NCBI GenBank assembly: GCA_937903605.1
Contig: CALCZC010000025.1
Span: forward strand, 131,275-195,274
Direction of reading: 5' to 3'
From: an uncultured bacterium
Lineage (GTDB): Bacteria; Patescibacteriota; Patescibacteriia; Magasanikbacterales; GWA2-37-8
Length of the DNA: 64,000 nt
Below the pieces are notes generated by a model. That model saw only the letters and a program-made list of their open reading frames with translations, did not search any database and was not told the origin of the DNA. Positions 59,957 to 64,000 of the stretch are shown one piece after another; position 1 is the first letter of the stretch; each line of letters starts with the position of its first letter. The position numbers and the translations under genes are program-made.

Positions 59957-60454
59957 ATGCAAATCCCTTACCGTAAACCGGGAAAATATAATTATAACGA
60001 TAAAGATCCTCTAATAACAGAGGATAAATTTTTACAATTAAAAAATAAATTGGAAAGACTAAAAAGAAATCAACCGGAAGCCATATCAGAAGTATCACGT
60101 TTGGCACAACTGGGAGATTTCAGTGAAAACGTAGAATATCAATTAGCCAAAGGACGTTTACGTAAAATAAATCACGAAATGCAGGTTTTGGAAAATCAAT
60201 TACACCAAGCAAAAATTATAACAAGTACAGACAGTTCTAAAATACAAGTTGGCCACACTGTAACAGTGCTTATAAAAGATGAACAAAAAACATATACAAT
60301 ATTGGGGTCTGAAGAAACAGATCCGTTTACAGGTAAAATTTCTTACAATTCCCCTATCGGATCTGCGCTTTTAGGTCATCGAGTTGGAGATGTGGTTGAA
60401 ATAAATATTGGGGGAAAAGGAGTAAAATATGAGATATTAGATATTAAATATTAA
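59957..60454 (+). CDS. Second GreA/GreB-family factor
   Basis: GDFSENVEY, ISYNSPIG. Confidence 0.9.
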   Translation: MQIPYRKPGKYNYNDKDPLITEDKFLQLKNKLERLKRNQPEAISEVSRLAQLGDFSENVEYQLAKGRLRKINHEMQVLENQLHQAKIITSTDSSKIQVGHTVTVLIKDEQKTYTILGSEETDPFTGKISYNSPIGSALLGHRVGDVVEINIGGKGVKYEILDIKY

Positions 60455-60475
60455 AATATTGTAATATTAAAAACA

Positions 60476-60505
60476 AAAAACGGACTTTAAAGTCCGTTTT
60501 TTTTT
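60476..60505. terminator. Bidirectional terminator
   Basis: AAAAACGGACTTTAAAGTCCGTTTTT between convergent genes. Confidence 0.8.
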
Positions 60506-60506
60506 A

Positions 60507-61190
60507 TTATTTCTTCTTTTTTACTACAACTTTTTTTGGAGCAACTTTTTTTTCTTTCACTGGTTTTTTTATCTCTTTTTTTACTTCTTTCTTTGCCTCT
60601 GCTTTAATAACTTTTTTATCTTCTTTTACTTCTACTTTTTCGGCTTTTTCTGCTACTGCGTTTGGAGCTAAGATTTTCATCAATCTATCCAATTTTACAT
60701 GCAAGCCTTTGAGCTCTACCATAAGTTCTCCATTATCTTTTCCACCTTTTCCACTTTTACCAAAACAGTCATCACACAAAACTTCTTTACCCGGAGTTGG
60801 TCTGAAAGGCACTTGGCATTTTGCTCCGCATTTACCACAAACCGCATCATGCATACCACCTCTATCTTCGTGACGAGGTCTGCTATCTGACCTTTCTCCT
60901 CTGCCTCTGCCAAATCTATCTGGTCTTTCACTGCCACCGCCTTGTTTGTCAAAACAGGTGCTACAAAAAACCGGCCTGTCGCCTGTCGGCCTAAACGGAA
61001 GTTCACATTCTTTACCACATTCACTACAAGTAGCTTTGTGCATTTGAGGTCTACCTCCGCCAAAACCACTCCCAAAGGGACCCCTTCGGGGCGCGCCACC
61101 ACCAAATGATCGTCCCCCGCCAAAACCACCTCTATTACCACCAAACTTATTTCCACCACCAAACTTTTTTCTGTCGTTAAATTTTCCCAT
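60507..61190 (-). CDS. CxxC-x17-CxxC domain protein (two copies) with Gly/Arg-rich and Lys-rich tails
   Basis: CSECG..PFRP..VFCSTCF and CGKCG..PFRP..VLCDDCF. Confidence 0.88.
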   Translation of the reverse strand: MGKFNDRKKFGGGNKFGGNRGGFGGGRSFGGGAPRRGPFGSGFGGGRPQMHKATCSECGKECELPFRPTGDRPVFCSTCFDKQGGGSERPDRFGRGRGERSDSRPRHEDRGGMHDAVCGKCGAKCQVPFRPTPGKEVLCDDCFGKSGKGGKDNGELMVELKGLHVKLDRLMKILAPNAVAEKAEKVEVKEDKKVIKAEAKKEVKKEIKKPVKEKKVAPKKVVVKKKK

Positions 61191-61395
61191 ACACTTAAAT
61201 TTTAGATTTATGATTTAAAATTTTAGATTTAAAATTATCAATTATAATATCCATTTATGCAACTTTATGAACTTTATAAATTTTTTAAAACTTTTTATAT
61301 TTTATCATATTTTAGCGAAAAAAGCAAGGGCAAGGCAAAAAAAGACAAGTTTATTAAAAAAACAACCAGCTTTTTTAGCAGGCTGTTTTTTGTTT

Positions 61396-62364
61396 TTATC
61401 TTATAATTACCGGCTCTACTGTATCCTTTCTTTCCTTATCTTTATAATATTCTGGGTCTATTTTTCTTTCAAAACAAACTCTTCCGGCTTCGTGTTGCCA
61501 ATTTTCTTGATAATAAGGATCCGGATAATAACCATATTTTCCCGCATAATTTGAATTTTTATCATCTGTGTTTGATGTACCAAAATTGGCGCAAAGACTG
61601 AAATTAAGCGCATCTTTCACAATATATTCATAATTTTGTTCAGTATCCGGATCTTGCGGAATATAAAATCCGGTGATATCAACTTTCAGGTCATCCAGAT
61701 TTTCCGGCAATTTTCCTTTTTGAATCCAAAAATTTATAACTTGACCTTGGATTGATTGTAAATCGTTGATTCTTCTTTCGTCAAAACGACGGTTGCGTTG
61801 GTCAGCGGGTGTACCGACAATAAAAAATCCGGCAATAATACTGCCTAGCACCACTATTGCAACAACTATTGTTAAAATCTTCGGTATATTGGTTTTTTTA
61901 TTATCTCTTTTGAGTTCCCAAAAATAATACCCGAAAACCGCTCCTGCGACCAGTAACACTGCCAAAACTTTCAAGAAAAATCTGGTGGAAATTTCTCCAT
62001 CAAGAAAATAATAAACCGTTATCATCAAATCAACAATTATAGTAATAGCAGAAAGAAAAAGTGTAAAATAAATCAACCATTTACGTAATTTCAAATCTCT
62101 TTTTTCCGGTTGTTTTTGAATATCTTTACCAAGCATCCAAGAACTCAACAAATAAGCTGGAACAGCTATAAATAATACTGAACTGGCCCAACGAACACCT
62201 GTAGAAATTCCGGTAAAATAATAATTTAGCGCATCTGGAAAAAGAGCGTTGATATAATTGACGTAAAGTGTTATCAAACCGATAACACTGAGATAAAAAG
62301 TCACGATGTTGAAAAGATGTAAAAATACATCTTTGGGTGTGCTTTTGACGTGAGTTTGTTCCAT
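61396..62364 (-). CDS. Conserved membrane protein (DUF5671-like)
   Basis: PKDVFLHL, RKWLIYFTLF, GEISTRF, DERRINDL. Confidence 0.7.
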   Translation of the reverse strand: MEQTHVKSTPKDVFLHLFNIVTFYLSVIGLITLYVNYINALFPDALNYYFTGISTGVRWASSVLFIAVPAYLLSSWMLGKDIQKQPEKRDLKLRKWLIYFTLFLSAITIIVDLMITVYYFLDGEISTRFFLKVLAVLLVAGAVFGYYFWELKRDNKKTNIPKILTIVVAIVVLGSIIAGFFIVGTPADQRNRRFDERRINDLQSIQGQVINFWIQKGKLPENLDDLKVDITGFYIPQDPDTEQNYEYIVKDALNFSLCANFGTSNTDDKNSNYAGKYGYYPDPYYQENWQHEAGRVCFERKIDPEYYKDKERKDTVEPVIIR

Positions 62365-62370
62365 ATAAAA

Positions 62371-64000
62371 TTAATTATAATTAAAATTTAATTGTTTTTT
62401 GTTTTTTATATATTTAAATATTTCAGAAAAAGCAATGACGGTAAAGCTCAATAGGAACAAAATAATCCAGTTTTTCAAAGTTATTGGAGAAACTCTGAGC
62501 AACTTTGACAAATATGGATTGTACATGGCAAAAATATGCAAGGCATGAGCGGCAATAATAGCAAAAACTAATAACCTATTTTTGTTTAACGAAATCTTGA
62601 ATATTGAACGTCGTTCGGAACGGCAATTCAAAGCATGAAGATTTTCAAACATTATCATAATCAAAAAAACAAAATTACGAGCAATGTTTTCTTCTAAATG
62701 TAAAAATCTCAAACCTACAAACCAAACAGAAAAAGCGACAAATCCGATAACTAAACCGGAAATCAAAGTTTGTTGAATCATCAGATGATCAAATACCCCC
62801 TCTTTGGGAGATCTGGGCGGACGAGACATGGCTCCCGGTTCTCCGGCTTCAAAAGCCAACGCCACATATTGAATGCCCTCGGTTACCAGATTTAACCATA
62901 ATAATTGTACGGCAAAAAGTGGCAGAGGTAAACCGGCAAAAATAGCAAAAAAGAAAAGCATGATTTCCGCACATCCGGTACTGATCAAAAGATAAATTAC
63001 TTTACGCACATTATCATAAGCAAATCTACCCTCTTCCACTCCGGCAACGATGGAAGAAAAATTATCATCCAAAACAATCATTGAGGAAGTTTCTTTGGCA
63101 ACATCGGTTCCGGAGCCCATTGCCACCCCTAGGTTGGCGCGTTTGAGAGCCGGCGCATCGTTGGCCCCATCTCCGGTTACTGCCACAAAATGTCCGGATT
63201 TTCTCAAAGATTCCACAATTTGATATTTTTGCATAGGAGAGACTTCGGCAAAAACCCGACAAGCGGATATTTTGTTATAAAACTCCGGCGTGTCTGACGG
63301 GCCTAATCTTTGAATTTGTTCTCCGGTGATGACTTGTGAACCTTCTTTGGCAATATTTAATTCTTTGGCTATCGCCATAGCGGTAAGCGGATGGTCCCCG
63401 GTAATCATCGCTACTTCTATACCGGCACCACGACATTTTTCTACCGCTTTTTTGGACTCGGCTCGCAACGGATCAATAAATCCAACCAAGCCCAAAAATA
63501 CCAATTTTTTCAAATCTTTTTTATTCAAATTATTTATTATAATTTTTTCGCCACATTCTTTTTTGGCTACCGCCAAAACCCGATAACCCTGCGAAGCCAT
63601 GTTTTTAACCTGTTTTAAAATTTCTTCTTTATCAATATCTTTATTTTTTCCTTTTACCAAAATATGAGAAGATAGTTGAACTATAACTTCAACCGCGCCT
63701 TTAACAAAAGCACAATGCTCTTTTTGGTTTTCAACCAAAATAGCGGAAAACCTGTTTTCCGATTCATAAGGAATAGACAAAATTTCTTTATATTGTTTTT
63801 TGCTTTTTTCCAAATCAATTCCTTTTTTAATGGCCAAAGCCAAAAAAGCCACGTCCATAGAATCGCCATGATAATGCCATTTGTTACCGGATTTTTTTAA
63901 TTCCGCTTCATTGTTGATGGCTCCGGAAAAACACAGTTCTTCCAAATCTTCTAAATAATTTTTTCCTTCATCCTTATCACCAATAAATTTTATTTTTCCT
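62371..64000 (-). CDS. P-type ATPase, type IIA (Ca2+-like); 5' end outside the window
   Basis: KGAVE, DPLR, MITGDH, TGDGANDAPAL, QLLWLNLVT; frame stays open to the window edge. Confidence 0.93.
   Translation of the reverse strand, partial: GKIKFIGDKDEGKNYLEDLEELCFSGAINNEAELKKSGNKWHYHGDSMDVAFLALAIKKGIDLEKSKKQYKEILSIPYESENRFSAILVENQKEHCAFVKGAVEVIVQLSSHILVKGKNKDIDKEEILKQVKNMASQGYRVLAVAKKECGEKIIINNLNKKDLKKLVFLGLVGFIDPLRAESKKAVEKCRGAGIEVAMITGDHPLTAMAIAKELNIAKEGSQVITGEQIQRLGPSDTPEFYNKISACRVFAEVSPMQKYQIVESLRKSGHFVAVTGDGANDAPALKRANLGVAMGSGTDVAKETSSMIVLDDNFSSIVAGVEEGRFAYDNVRKVIYLLISTGCAEIMLFFFAIFAGLPLPLFAVQLLWLNLVTEGIQYVALAFEAGEPGAMSRPPRSPKEGVFDHLMIQQTLISGLVIGFVAFSVWFVGLRFLHLEENIARNFVFLIMIMFENLHALNCRSERRSIFKISLNKNRLLVFAIIAAHALHIFAMYNPYLSKLLRVSPITLKNWIILFLLSFTVIAFSEIFKYIKNKKQLNFNYN

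Noticed and set aside
59957-60454. Second Gre factor as an inhibitor (Gfh1-like)
   Set aside because: It retains the normal D..E acidic tip; an ordinary paralog
60716-61162. 148-aa alternative-frame ORF
   Set aside because: Val-rich by-product of GGT/GGC repeats in the real gene

Overview
AT-rich bacterial chromosome segment read with code 11. Gene content and style suggest Patescibacteria/Parcubacteria (CPR); this is inference. It carries a housekeeping backbone (fmt, def, priA, clpB, gltX, xer recombinase, serS, lysS, greA, mreBCD-mrdA, UvrD-nuclease, asnS, metK, thyX, hppA) plus redox, ion-transport and envelope genes. I saw no rRNA, tRNA, CRISPR array, reverse transcriptase or transposase. 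The most striking signals are non-coding. (1) Two tandem paralogous, independently transcribed, highly structured RNAs of about 330 and 385 nt (32.1-32.96 kb) show many compensatory base changes and match no family I recognise. (2) A truncated GIY-YIG ORF starts and stops inside its own terminal inverted repeats, with two gene-less miniature copies elsewhere. (3) A four-helix-bundle gene is bracketed by inverted 9-mer arrays, and many solo or empty tandem-repeat arrays lie between genes. (4) Tiny GC palindromes are nested inside other repeats and inside a SAM-I riboswitch. (5) A dif/loxP-like site sits just before the recombinase. (6) A set of orphan micro-gene cassettes has near-consensus promoters, boxA-like leaders and SD sites, unlike most housekeeping genes.
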